A stretch of DNA of 64,000 nt, taken from contig OX597819.1 in the NCBI GenBank assembly GCA_951406725.2, positions 124,558,001 to 124,622,000 on the forward strand, given 5' to 3'. The translations under genes were made by a program, and so were the position numbers. The notes under the pieces are model-generated. The model did not search any database and was not told the DNA's origin. It was given only the letters and a program-made list of their open reading frames with translations. How positions within the stretch are numbered: position 1 is the first letter of the stretch; each line of letters starts with the position of its first letter. Below are positions 39,438 to 52,653 of the stretch, in pieces. Source of the stretch: Octopus vulgaris. Taxonomy: Eukaryota.

Positions 39438-40398
39438 CAGGGTGCAGTGCATAAAATGTTGTCTAAATTACACAAAAATGAAAATAACACTGACATCTCA
39501 TTTTAATAGATTAGCTGTCCAACCTGTGCTTTCCATCCAACCTGTGCCAGCATGGAAAACGGACGTTAAATGATGATGATGATGATGATGATTATTATTA
39601 TTATTATTTACCAAAATTTACATAAAAATATCTTGGAATACAAAAGAGTAAATTTATTCAATAAAATCACCATTGGCTTTAACCACGGCTTTAAGATGAC
39701 TTCAGAATCTCCTGCAACTCTTCTGGATGGTCTCCCTGTTTAAGTTGGTGAATGCTGCCATAATCCTTGCCTTGAGTTCATCTTTGGTGTTACAAGGAGT
39801 TTTGTTGGTCTCTCGCTCAACTGCGCTCCACACATAATAACCAAGGGGGTTGTAGTCTGGGGAGTTAGGTGGCCAGATGTTAGGAGTGATGTGGTTGCTG
39901 ACAGCTATGACTGGGTTCTCCTGCTTGTGCAGAGTCCTGTTGCCAGACATAGGTTCTTCCAGTAGCCATCTTCTTGACCCAGGGTAGCGCTACCTCCAAC
40001 AGGCACTTTATGTAGGCCTCCGTGTTGAGTCTGAGGCCATGTGGCAAGATGAATGGAGTCATAACATCGCCATCACTATTGATCACTCGAAGCACCATGA
40101 TGTTGACTGGATGTTTAAATTTATCACTTTCAGTACATGTCCTCAGATTGCACTATTTTCAGATTGACACCCAAACACTCTGGAATCTTTGTATTGGAGC
40201 TTCCAATGTGAATGCCAAGCAATGTAGCATGTTGTTTCCAAATTTCTGGCAGACTGAATTGCATCATGGTGCTGTTTCTCTTACAGACGGTGCCCAACTG
40301 ACCCTCCTCTACTGTGTAGTCGACAAAATCAAAAACAAACAATGTGCATGTGTGAAATTAAAAATATAAAATGGCAACAATTTACCCATCACACCCTG
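39438..40398 (-). mobile_element. Internally deleted Tc1/mariner element
   Basis: TA|cagggtg ... caccctg|TA termini; VWQQDSA and WPPNSPDYNPL..YVW catalytic-domain motifs. Confidence 0.85.
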
Positions 40399-40809
40399 TA
40401 TATATAGATATATATATATATATATATATGTAAAAGCACCATCCGTTTGTGTCCGTTGCCAGCCTCGCCTGGCCCCCGTGCCGGTGGCACGTAAAAGCAC
40501 CATCCGTTCGTGGCTGTTTGCCAGCTCCGTCTAGCACCTGTGCGGGTGGCACGTAAAAAGCACCCACTACACTCTCGGAGTGGTTGGCATTAGGAAGGGC
40601 ATCCAGCCGTAGAAACACTGCCAGATCAGACTGGGACTGATGCAGCCTTCCGGCTTCGCAGTCCCCAGTTGAACCGTCCAACCCATGCTAGCATGGAAAG
40701 CGGACGCTAAATGATGATGATGATGATGATGATGATATATATATATACATATATACTCCTTTACTCCTTTCAGTCATTTGACTGTGGCCATGCTGGAGCA
40801 CCATCTTTG

Positions 40810-40841
<32 letters not shown>

Positions 40842-41028
40842 TTTATAGAAGGAGCTTCTACAGGACTAGAACTGTTTCATTCAAATGAAATGATCAGGAA
40901 GCTGATGATTTCATTTGAATGAAACAGTTCTAGTCCTGTAGAAGCTCCTTCTATAAAATAAATTAATTTACTCTGCTATGTATTGAGTACCTTATTTACT
41001 GTGGTTAACCCCGACTCAACCCGGGACC

Positions 41029-41075
<47 letters not shown>

Positions 41076-41121
41076 TTACATACTTACATACATACATACA
41101 CACATACATACATACATACAT

Positions 41122-41181
<60 letters not shown>

Positions 41182-41332
41182 ATATATAGTTAATCCAAAC
41201 AAGAAAGCACAAAAAAACACAACAACGCGAGGATGTGGAACAAATATAGTATTATTGGACGCTCAGGAAAGAAGGAAAGAAGGAGGGTTTAACATTTCGA
41301 GCAGAGCTCTTCATCGGAAACATAAGATCTAG

Positions 41333-41395
<63 letters not shown>

Positions 41396-41809
41396 AACCA
41401 AATCAAACCAAATCAACATCAGTGGAAATTGCAGCTGTGGTTAAGCGGACCATCCGATCGTTTGTCCGTTGCCAGCCTCGCCTGGCCCCTGTGCCATTGG
41501 CACGTAAAAGCACCATCTGCTCGTGTCCGTTGCCAGCCTCGCCTGGCCCCCGTGCCGGTAGCACGTAGAAGCACCGTCCGTTTGTGGCCGTTTGCCAGCT
41601 TTGTCTGGCACCTGTGCAGGTGGCACGTAAAAAGCACCCAATACACTCACGGAGTGGTTGGCATTAGGAAGGGCATCCGGCCGTAGAAACACTGCCAAAT
41701 CTGACTGGGCCTGACGAAGCCTTCCAGCTTCACAGACCCCAGTTAAACCGTCCAACCCATGCTAGCATGGAAAACGGACGCTAAATGATGATGATGATGA
41801 TGATGATGA

Positions 41810-43446
41810 TCATCATCATCGTTTAAAGTCAGCTTTCCATGCTAGCATGGGTTGGACGGTTCAACTGGGGTCTGGGAAGCCCGAAGGCTGCACCAGGCCA
41901 GTCAGATGTGGCAGTGTTTCTACAGCTGGATGCCCTTCCTAACGCCAACCACTCCGAGAGTGTAGTGGGTGATTTTATGTGCCACCGACACAGGTGCCAG
42001 ACGAGGCTGGCAGACGGCCACGCTCGGATGGTGTTTTTTATGTGCCACCGACACAGGTGCCAGACGAGGCTGGCAGACGGCCACGCTCGGATGGTGTTTT
42101 TTTATGTGCCACCGACACAGGTGCCAGACGAGGCTGGCAGACGGCCACGCTCGGATGGTGTTTTTTATGTGCCACCGACACAGGTGCCAGACGAGGCTGG
42201 CAGACGGCCACGCTCGGATGGTGTTTTCTTATGTGTCACCGACACAGGTGCCAGACGAGGCTGGCGGACGGCCACGCTCGGATGGTGTTTGTTACGTGCC
42301 CTCAGCACGGAGGCCAGTCATTGCGGTACTGGCTACGGTCACGTTCGGATGGTTTTCTTATGTGCCACCGGCACTGGTACCACAAGGATACAAATTCCAT
42401 TGATGTTCATCTATTTTGATTTGGTTCGATTTGATTTGATACGATTCGATTCTCACTTGCCTCAACAGGTCTTCACAAGTGTCACAAGAAGGAAGGTATG
42501 CACAGGTGGACTGACTATGTCCCAGGTAGGGGCCACGGATTATGGCTTCACTAGTCTTGCCGGGTCTTCTCACGCACAGCATACTTCCATAGGTCTCGGT
42601 CTCTAGTCATTTCCATGGTGAGACCTAACGTCCGAAGGTCGTGCTTCACCACCTCGTCCCAGGTTTTCCTGGGTCTACCTCTTCCACGGGTTCCCTCAAC
42701 TGCTAGGGATTGGCACTTTCTCACACACCTATCTTCATCCATTCTCGCCACATGACCATACCAGCGCAATCGTCTCTCTTGCACACAACAACTGATGCTT
42801 CTTAGGTACAACATTTCTCTCAAGGTACTAACGCTCTGTCGAGTAAGTACACTGACATTACACATCCATCGGAGCATACTGGCTTCGTTCCTCACGAGCT
42901 TACGCATGTCCTCAGCAGTCACGGCCCATGTTTCACTGCCATGTAGCATAGCTGTTCGTACACATGCATCATACAGTCTGCCTTTTACTCTGAGCGAGAG
43001 GCCTTTAGTCACCAGCAGAGGTAAGAGCTCCCTAAACTTTGCCCAGGCTATTCTTATTCTAGCAGTTACACTTTCAGCGCACCCACCCCCACTACTGACT
43101 TGGTCACCTAGATAGCGGAAACTATCAACTACTTCTAGTTTTCCCCCGGAAAGTGACAGAAGTTGTTTTCTGCAGATTTTCGGAGGTCAATGCTCCAGAG
43201 CACCTGCCACATACAAAAACTATCTTCCCAGTTAGCCTACCTTTGACATTGCTGCACCTCTTATGTGTCCATAGCTTACACTGGGTACATCTTATAGAGT
43301 TTCTACCTACACCTTTTCTACAGATCGAGCAGGGCCATCTTCCTGATGATATTTGTGGGTTTTCTACCTTTCTACTTATTAGTACTTTGGTTTTAGCTAG
43401 GTTGACTCTAAGGCCCCTCGATTCTAAACCCTCCTTCCACACCTGG
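41810..43446 (-). mobile_element. 5'-truncated RTE-type LINE with PHD-like finger, C-terminal domain, 3' UTR and (GAT)n tail
   Basis: GLRVNLAKTKVL-CSIC..C..C..H..C..C..C, then MLHGSETW...RRLRWYGHV...RGRPRKTW with one frameshift; best-preserved copy in the window. Confidence 0.9.
41972..42300. repeat. ~5 x 62-63-bp minisatellite inside the LINE 3' UTR
   Basis: Unit tttatgtgccaccgacacaggtgccagacgaggctggcagacggccacgctcggatggtg(t)n. Confidence 0.9.
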
Positions 43447-43450
43447 AAGA

Positions 43451-43495
<45 letters not shown>

Positions 43496-45956
43496 TATAT
43501 ATATATTCAAATATGAATTAGAAGCAGCTTGAGGTTTATAAGCAAAATCGAACGCACATACACAAGGTTTTGTGTGCTGCTAGTTTGTGGGCCAGGTGTG
43601 GTTTTTTTGGCATAAGAGAATATATTCTTCATACACCTGGAAGTAAGTCACAGTCAAGTGAAACAACTCACATCGGGTCTTTTCTTGGAGCAACAGACAT
43701 TGGTGTTTTGTCATTGCTTTAACTTATCAATGCCACATACCATACGGGGCCCACACAACCCGCCTCTTTTAGCTTCCATCTACCAAATCCACTTGCAAGA
43801 CTTTGGTCGTTCCAAGGCTATAGAAGACATTTACCGAATGTGCTACATAGTGGGTTTGAACTCAGAACAATGTTATTGAGAAGCAAGCTTCTTACCACAC
43901 AGCCCCATAGTTGTTATTATTTAGCACCGGATGAACCCTGATTAAGCAGACCTTTGATTAGAGACATTCCATTTGGAACTGTCCTGTCTTTCTTTATATC
44001 CAGACTACATTGCTATAGTTGGGTATTAAAATAGTTGGGTATGACTGGAAGACTATTTGGTAGCCTTTTTGAGCAGGCCGTTTATTCACATAAAGGGTTC
44101 CTCATTTGCTCCATAAATATTGTTTTAAAACTAGGGATGGAGACTTGAGTTGGTTAATAAATTGAAGTCGAAATCAAACTCAGTGACTGGCATCCGTTGC
44201 TAGTGGAGCACTAAGAGTACCATACAAGTGAGATCATTGCCAGAGCAACAAGCTGGCCTTCGTGCCGATGGCATGTTAAACACACCATTTGAGCGTGATT
44301 GTTACCGCGTTGCCTTACTAGCACTTGTGCTTGTGGCATGTGAAACATTCGAACGAGGTCGTTGCCAGTATCGCTGGACTGGCTCCTGTGCAGGTGGCAC
44401 ATAAAAAGCACCATTTGGGTGTGGCCATTGCCAGTACCACCAAACTGGCCCTCATGCCGGTGGCACGTAAAAGCACCCACTACACTCTCGGAGTGGTTGG
44501 CTTTAGGAAGGGTATCCAGCTGTAGAAACTCTGCCAGATCAGATTGGAGTCTGGTTCGCCAGACCTCAGTCAAATCGTCCAACCCATGCTAGCATGGAAA
44601 GCGGACGCTAAATGATGATGATGATGATGATGATGATGTATAGGATTTGATATATTTGTTTGGTGATTCTTGAGAAAAAAGAGTTGGATGCTGACTGATC
44701 TTTGAGAAACATTATTTAAATAGACAAGGAAACTCAAATCTATATAGGTAAGAATGGCAAACCAGAAGAGGAAGTTAATATCCAAGTGACCAGTTCCAAT
44801 GATACTCCAAAGACAAGTGGATTTTGTAGATGGAAACTAAAAGAGGCGTGTTGTGTGGGCCTCATTTGGTATGCGGCATTGGTAAGTTAAAGCAATGACA
44901 AAACATTGTTCAGAGTTAAGACCCACTATGTAGCGCATTTAGTAATAAATCTAAGATTGTGATGCAATAAACTTTTGGCTGTTGAGTACAGTTTTAATTA
45001 CTCTCTTTTACTCTTTTACTTGTTTCAGTCATTTGACTGCGGCCATGCTGGAGCACCGCCTTTAGTCGAGCAAATCGACCCTGGGACTTAGTCTTTGTAA
45101 GCCCAGTACTTATTCTATCGGTCTCTTTTGCCGAACCGCTAAGTTACGGGGACGTAAACACACCAGCATTGGTTGTCAAGCGATGTTGGTGGGGACAAAC
45201 ACAGACACACAAACATACACACACATATATATATATACATATATACGACGGGCTTCTTTCAGTTTCCGTCTACCAAATCCACTCACAAGGCATTGGTCGG
45301 CCCGGGGCTATAGCAGAAGACACTTGCCCAAGATGCCACGCAGTGGGACTGAACCCGGAACCATGTGGTTGGTAAGCAAGCTACTTACCACACAGCCACT
45401 CCTGCGCCTATTGTTCACTTTTATCTTGTCAGTAAAAGATCATTTCTATTGAAAAACAAGTTGTCTTGCAGCTGGTTACTACCAGAATTTACCAGAATAG
45501 TTTACTTATTCTTTTCTTATCAGTGTAGCCCATTCTAAGTAGTTTTAGGTAGCTGTTGAATAAAGACTGTTGTCAAAGAAAGCTTTGATTTATCTTGGCT
45601 GTCTGTTTTTTCAGTGCTTCATGAAGAAGTGTTTAAAATGGCAAAAGGATATTTTGTAATCTGGTGTGGAAACAACAAATAAATTACAGCAGGATCTGTT
45701 AACTCTGTGTGTGTATGTGTGTGTATGTGAGCGTGCACACACGCACATACACAATTAAGCATTCAGATACGGGTGTGAATGTTTATAGCAAGTGCTGAGT
45801 GTCACTTTGAAGATATCTCCAGATAAGTTCTGAAGCTATGTCTATTCCATGATTTGATTTACAATTAATTTAGTATGCTGGAACTAAAGCTTAAGGAAGA
45901 ATATACTTAGTTTATTTTGAAAGGTATAAATCAAATGGCTAAGTAGTTAAAATATT

Positions 45957-46556
45957 TATTTCTTTATTACCCACAAGGGGCTAAACATAGGGGGGACAAA
46001 CAAGGACAGACATACGGATTAAGTCGATTACATCGACCCCAGTGCAAAACTGGTACTTTATTTATCGACCCCGAAAGGATGAAAGGCAAAGTCGATCTCG
46101 GCGGAATTTGAACTCAGAACATAACGACAGACGAAATACCTATTTCTTTATTACCCACAAGGGGCTAAACATAGAGGGGACAAACAAGGACAGACAAACG
46201 GATTAAGTCGATTACATCGACCCCAGTACGTAACTGGTACTTTATTTATCGACCCCGAAAGGATGAAAGGCAAAGTCGATCTCGGCGGAATTTGAACTCA
46301 GAACGTAACGACAGACGAAATACCTATTTCTTTATTACCCACAAGGGGCTAAACACAGAGGGGACAAACAAGGACAGACAAACGGATTAAGCCGATTACA
46401 TTGCCCCCAGTACGTAACTGGTACTTGATTTATTGACCCCGAAAGGATAAAAGGCAAAGTCGACCTCGGCAGAATTTGAGCTCAGAATGTTACGACAGAC
46501 GAAATACCGCTAAGCATTTCGCCCGGCGTGCTACCGTTTCTGCCAGCTCGCAGCCT
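45957..46556 (-). mobile_element. SINE family B head + three tandem 184-bp bodies
   Basis: Unit starts at 45957, 46141 and 46325; 18-bp TSD taagtagttaaaatattt at 45940-45957 and 46557-46574. Confidence 0.9.
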
Positions 46557-47439
46557 TAAGTAGTTAAAATATTTGGTGGTCATTTTATGATGCATGAGTG
46601 TATTTGTTGAAAGGTTCTGAGTAGAACACTTAAAACTTTATACTTCAGTTCACCTGGATTTGAGATTATGGTATTTGATATTCTAGGAATGTTTTCTTCA
46701 ACAGATTGGCTTGGTTTTCACTAAAAGATTCCTTTCTTATCCACTTAACACTACTGACATCAGCTTTGCGAGAGTCTGTTTGGTCATGATGTTATTTAGT
46801 TTTATTATTTTTTCCTTATTGTTTTACACTTGTTTTTTCCATGCATAGCTAGGATTTGTCCCCCTGCCTTTAAAAATTTTTTTTTTACCTGTTTGAGCAT
46901 TTCTATTTTTTTATGCTTCCATGGCAGGAAATGATATTGTGTTGGGAGTAGTTAAAATTTGATTTTACTGCTAATTTTGCCCTAATTTCATTGGACAGTT
47001 ATTTTTATATCTGGATGCCTTTGCTACTGTTTTGTTGGGAGTGAAATCTGTTTTGTTGTGTAAACTGATACAAAGCTTATTCTTAAAATTTGAATTTAGA
47101 ACTATGTAATTAGTACTCTTGTAGTTTTAATTCATAATTCATAGGGTTAAGTTAATGGAGTAGTCACTCCGAGAGTGTAATGAGTGCTTTTATGTGCCAT
47201 TTGCATGACACCGGTATCTGCCACAACTGTGATTTTGCTTGGGTTGATGGCATGACATAATGCTAAAGGTCTCAGTCATTGCCTCTGTGAGTCCCAACAC
47301 TCAAAAAGAACTCGGCCACTTTGCTTCCATGAGGCCCAACAGTCAAAAGGAACTTTGCCACTTTATCTCTTTGAGGCCCAATGCTTGAGGAAACTTGGCC
47401 ACTTTGCCTTCGTGAAGCCCAACACTCAAAAGGAACTTA

Positions 47440-47980
47440 GCCACTTGGTAGGTTATCAGGTGGCTGGTTGGTTTCCTGAAGTTGGTGTTGCAAATCAATA
47501 GGTTATTTGCATCACAGAACTCCAGTAGCCTTGTTCCTTGTTCATTTTGTGAACTAATTCCATGGACCCCATGTACACCAGGGAAAATACTGGGCTGCCC
47601 TCCAATATGTCCCTTGAAGTCCCCATTCACAAGGATGGGATCCTTGTCATTTGTCTTCGAGGTAGCCTGCAGGAGAATAGAATTAGAATGGCCCTTCAGG
47701 TCATTTAGTAGGCCCGCTTGTAGGGCATAGGCAGAGATAATTGACACTATGCTATTCTGCAAGACCAACCTGAGCTTAAGCACTCTATTACTAACTTTGA
47801 CTACCCCTATGACCTTATCCACCCATTTCTCTGCAAGGAGTATGCCCACACTGCCTACCCATCACTGTTACCTTCCCAGAGGATTTTATACCTATGTGTC
47901 TTGCTTGTGAGGAACCTGGCTGAAGCTCCTCTCCACCTTACCTCTTGGATGCAGCATATATCAATATGTCTCCATTCAAA
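47440..47980 (-). pseudogene. RTE-type APE endonuclease fragment
   Basis: CIQEVRW...GILLAEKW...IISAYA.Q...GDF.GH.G...RLLEFC..NNL.ICNT.F. A second APE fragment (QIDYIL) lies at ~23440-23890, split by a SINE. Confidence 0.8.
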
Positions 47981-48258
47981 TTTACCTTTGATATAGATAT
48001 ATTTAAATATAGATATATATATCAAAGGTAAATTTTGAAAAATGGTTTACAGGAATATATAATCCAAGCAGGTACCATACTTGTTCTTATCCGATGACAA
48101 TGCTGGCTAACCTCAGTGAATGTAGATAAATTCCAGTTAGTTGAATTTACTATACTCACTTAATCCTAACTTAGGTAAATCCAAATGTCCTTTGGAAAGA
48201 GAAATAATAAATTAATAAATATCAGGAGAACAGAGATATCTAATTATCAATTAATTCC

Positions 48259-48326
48259 GACCCTGATGAAGCAGCACCAATAATTAACACCAAGTTGCAC
48301 ACTTGCAATGGAAATGTGCGTAGGTC
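48259..48326 (+). ncRNA. Type I hammerhead ribozyme-like motif (probably decayed)
   Basis: gacc-CTGATGA-[stem II]-GAAA-tgtgcg-TA-ggtc; stem I gacc/ggtc. Confidence 0.55.
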
Positions 48327-48439
48327 CTGATAAAGAAAGATGTGATTAAATGTAAAATAAAAATCTTGGATGTGTTAACTTTCTGTTCTCCTGATATTTA
48401 TTAATATATATATATGTATGTGTATATATATATATATAT

Positions 48440-48481
<42 letters not shown>

Positions 48482-48495
48482 CATATATATATATA

Positions 48496-48542
<47 letters not shown>

Positions 48543-49894
48543 CATATATATATATAATCGACTTACTGGCACTTGTGCCCATGCTAGTAGGGTGCCAAGA
48601 GCACCATCCGAGTGTGATTGTTGCCAGAGCTTGATCGTTACCAACGCCGCCTTACTGGCACCTGTGCCAGTTGGCATTAGGAAGGGCATCCAGCTGTAGA
48701 AACTCTGCCAGATCAAGATTGGAGTCTGGTGCGGCCATCTGGTTCGCCAGCCCTCAGTCAAAATCGTCCAACCCATGCTAACATGGAAAGTGGACGTTAA
48801 ACAATGATGATGATGATATACATATATACATACATATATATATATAATTTATATATATATATATATATATATAGTACAAAAATGATGAAGGAAATGAGTC
48901 TTATGATACTAATCCAGAAACGTACGTCCATAATTAACCGAAGATTGTGTGATTTCATTATTTTTCTTCTTTTTTTGCCATATGTGAGTTACAAATATTG
49001 TTGTCGGTGGCATGTGTAAAAGATTCGGGCGAGGTCGTTGCCAGTACCATCTGACTGGCACGTAAAAAGCACCCGCTACACTCTCAGAGTGGTTGGCGTT
49101 AGGAAGGGCATCCAGCTGTAGAAACCCTGCCAAATCAAGATTGGAGCCTGGTGCAGCCATCTGGTTCACCAGCCCTCAGTCATTCGTCCAACCCATGCTA
49201 GCATGGAAAGTGGATGTTAAACGATGATGAACGAATTAAGAAATATCAATGGGTAAATCTTTCTTGGACAGCCTGTTTACATGCACACACACACACACAC
49301 TCACATGCGCGTGTGTGTGTATTTGTCTCTTACAGTTATATAACATACAAAATTTTGTTTTTGTATTTAATTCGCAGGATTCTTGATGTAAACTTGTGGG
49401 TTGAAACACATTTTCTTCAATATCAATAGGATCATTATGTCAATGACAATCATAGACACTGGTTCAATTTCACTTCTTTATTATTGTTATTCTTCAGTTG
49501 GATAACTTTCTAACCAACTTACTAATAAATTGTTGGATTAATCATTCAGTTGTATTTGCCGAAGTCCTTTGTCACCTTTTGCAACCTCTGCAAAGGTCTG
49601 CTGTCTCTACTCCTAAGTCAACTTCAGATCTGTCTGTCTTTTATTTTAGATTTAATATTTATGTAGGGAGAGTTTATGAAAAAAACAAAAGACGAAGACA
49701 GGTGGTGTATAAAACAAACTGATATATTAGTATAACGCTCAGGAATAGAAAAAGTCTTTTACGTTTCGAGCCTATGCTCTTCGACAGAAAGGGACACACA
49801 AAAAACAGGGAGAGACACAAGGAGAGAAAAAGAAGGAGAGAAAAAATGTGTGTAGTGGCTAACGATCTATCTAACAAATTAGATAGATAGATAA

Positions 49895-49958
<64 letters not shown>

Positions 49959-50204
49959 GGAGAGTTTACGAAAAAAAAACAAAAGACGGAGACAGGTGGC
50001 GTACAAAACAAACAGATGTATTAGTATAACACTCAGGAATAGAAAAAGTCTTTTACTTTTCGAGGCTAAGCTCTTCTACAGAAAGGGACATAGAAAAAAC
50101 AAGGAGAGAAACAAGGAGAGAGAAAAATGTGTGTAGTGGCTAATGATCTATCATGGCAACTGATATTTATGTAGTTGTATGAAGGTGAGTGGCAATGAGA
50201 GAAG

Positions 50205-50247
<43 letters not shown>

Positions 50248-50369
50248 TGTGTTTGAGTAGGTGTGTATGCCTTTTGCATAGAGTTGTTGGTTCACTGAGT
50301 AAGTGTATTAGAAGGGGGAGTAGAGAGAGATAGAAAGAGAGAGAGATAAAAAGAGAGAGATAGAGAGAG

Positions 50370-50401
<32 letters not shown>

Positions 50402-50595
50402 AGTGTGTGTGCATAAATGGATGTATGTGTGTTGTCGATTCTGGGAATAGTGCATTTGAGAGACTGTGTTTGTGTCTGTGTCTGTGAAAGTGTATCTGTT
50501 TCCATGGGTGAAGTAGTAGAAAGGCTGTTTCTTTTGTATCATCTATCTATTGGTCCTGTATTCTTGACTAGATGGTGTGGATGAGGGCATCAGTG

Positions 50596-50638
<43 letters not shown>

Positions 50639-50772
50639 AATTCACCTATTCCCTCCAGGAAGATCACGAATAAGTTGATCTCGTGTGCCATGTTGTTAAC
50701 ACTAAAGAATTTGGTTTGGAATGCTTGTTATAGGTGCTGATGTATTTACTGAAGCTGTTGATTTCATTTCAG

Positions 50773-50914
50773 GAACACTTGCACGATAGCTTATTTTTCC
50801 TTGGATCAACTGGAACTGGGGTAACTTTCCATAAACATGCTGATGCCTGGAATGCTGTTGTTTTTGGAAAGAAAAGATGGTTTCTTTATCCACCTAAGAA
50901 AGCACCACCTGGAG
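50773..50914 (+). CDS. JmjC-TPR gene exon, JmjC core [47 protein letters not shown]
   Basis: tttcAG acceptor and GTAAGG donor; 142 nt, phase 0 to 1. Contains the cupin/JmjC motif G-x-G-x-x-F-H-x-H...G-x-K-R-W-F-L-Y-P-P. Confidence 0.95.
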
Positions 50915-51111
50915 GTAAGGAAAATATTTAATGAAATCCTAATATTGAACGTAAGTACATACATTCATACATACATACATACATACATGCATGCATGCAT
51001 ATATACATACATACATACACACATACATACATACATACATACACACATACATGCATACATACATGCATACATGCATACACACATACATACATACATACAT
51101 ACATACATACA

Positions 51112-51142
<31 letters not shown>

Positions 51143-51208
51143 GTATATGTATATATCTATATACTTACTTGGAACTGGATGCATAGCATTCAATCAAATA
51201 ATGATATA

Positions 51209-51309
<101 letters not shown>

Positions 51310-52054
51310 GTATTGGTAAAAACGTTAAAATAACAAAAGAAAGAAAGAGACCTCAATATTATGTAAATAGAGGAATTTATCTGTAATATATATATATATA
51401 TAGCTTAAAAGCCACATGATAGGGCAGCTTTTAAGTTAGTATATATATATATAAATTAGAAAAAAATCACCTTTTATATATATATGTAGGTGCAGGAGTG
51501 GCTGTGTGGTAAGAAGCTTGCTTCCCAACCACATGGTTCTGGGTTCAGTCTCCCAGTGTGGCAACTTGTGCTAGTGTCTTCTACTATAGGCCTGGGCTAA
51601 CCACAGCCTTGTGAGTAGATTTGGTAGATGGAAACTGAAAGAAGCTCATCATATATATATATATATATATTCTCTCCTTGTTTCTTTCTGTGTTCCTTTC
51701 TGTGGAAGAGCGTAGGCTCGAAACGTTAAAAACTTTTTCACTTCCTGAGCGTTAAACATCTGTTTGTTGTCTACACCACTTGTTTTTGTCTTTTGTTTTT
51801 TTTGTGAATTCTCCCTATATATATAAGTATCTGTATATATGTATGTATTTGTGTTTGTCCCCCCACCATTGCCTGACTACTGATGTTGGCATGTTTACAT
51901 CACCATAACTTAGCAGTTCAGCAAAAGACACCAATAGAATAAGTACCAGGCTTACAAAGAATAAGTCCTGGGGTTCAATTTGTTTGACTAAAGGTGGTGC
52001 TCCAGTATGGCCGCAGTCAAATGATTGAAGCAAGTAAAATAATAAATGAATATG

Positions 52055-52099
<45 letters not shown>

Positions 52100-52461
52100 T
52101 AATTCTACCAAATATATACGTTTTATTTATTATTTTGCACATTACTTAATCATAGTTATATGTTTTATCTTATATTTAATCTTTCTATAAGATGTAATTT
52201 TTCTAAATGGTATAATTTAATTTTTCATTATTGAATTGATAAAAGGTGGGTTTTTTTTTCTAATTTATGACCTCGTGTGTACCGTTGGCGATTTTTTTTT
52301 CCTCTGTCTTCCCTTCTCTGGATCTTTCCTTCTCCTATGTTTCCGACGAAGAGCTCCGCTTGAAACGTTAAACCCTCCTTCTTTCCTGAGCGTCCAATAA
52401 TACTATATTTGTTCCAGGTCCTCGCGTTGTTGTGTTTTTTTGTGCTTTCTTGTTTGGATTA

Positions 52462-52509
<48 letters not shown>

Positions 52510-52653
52510 TATATACTAGCTTAGAAGCTGCCCTATCAAGTGGCTTTTAGGCTAACTCCTATTAGTTTGGTGTGTCTACAGACTGAAGATTAAAGTATTT
52601 TACTTGAAAACACTAATAAATTAAACATTTTTGTTTGTCTTGTAATTCTAAAG

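Noticed and set aside
41972-42300. Regular ~62-bp repeats resembling a CRISPR array
   Set aside because: There are no unique spacers and no cas genes; the units are contiguous tandem copies inside a eukaryotic LINE 3' UTR.
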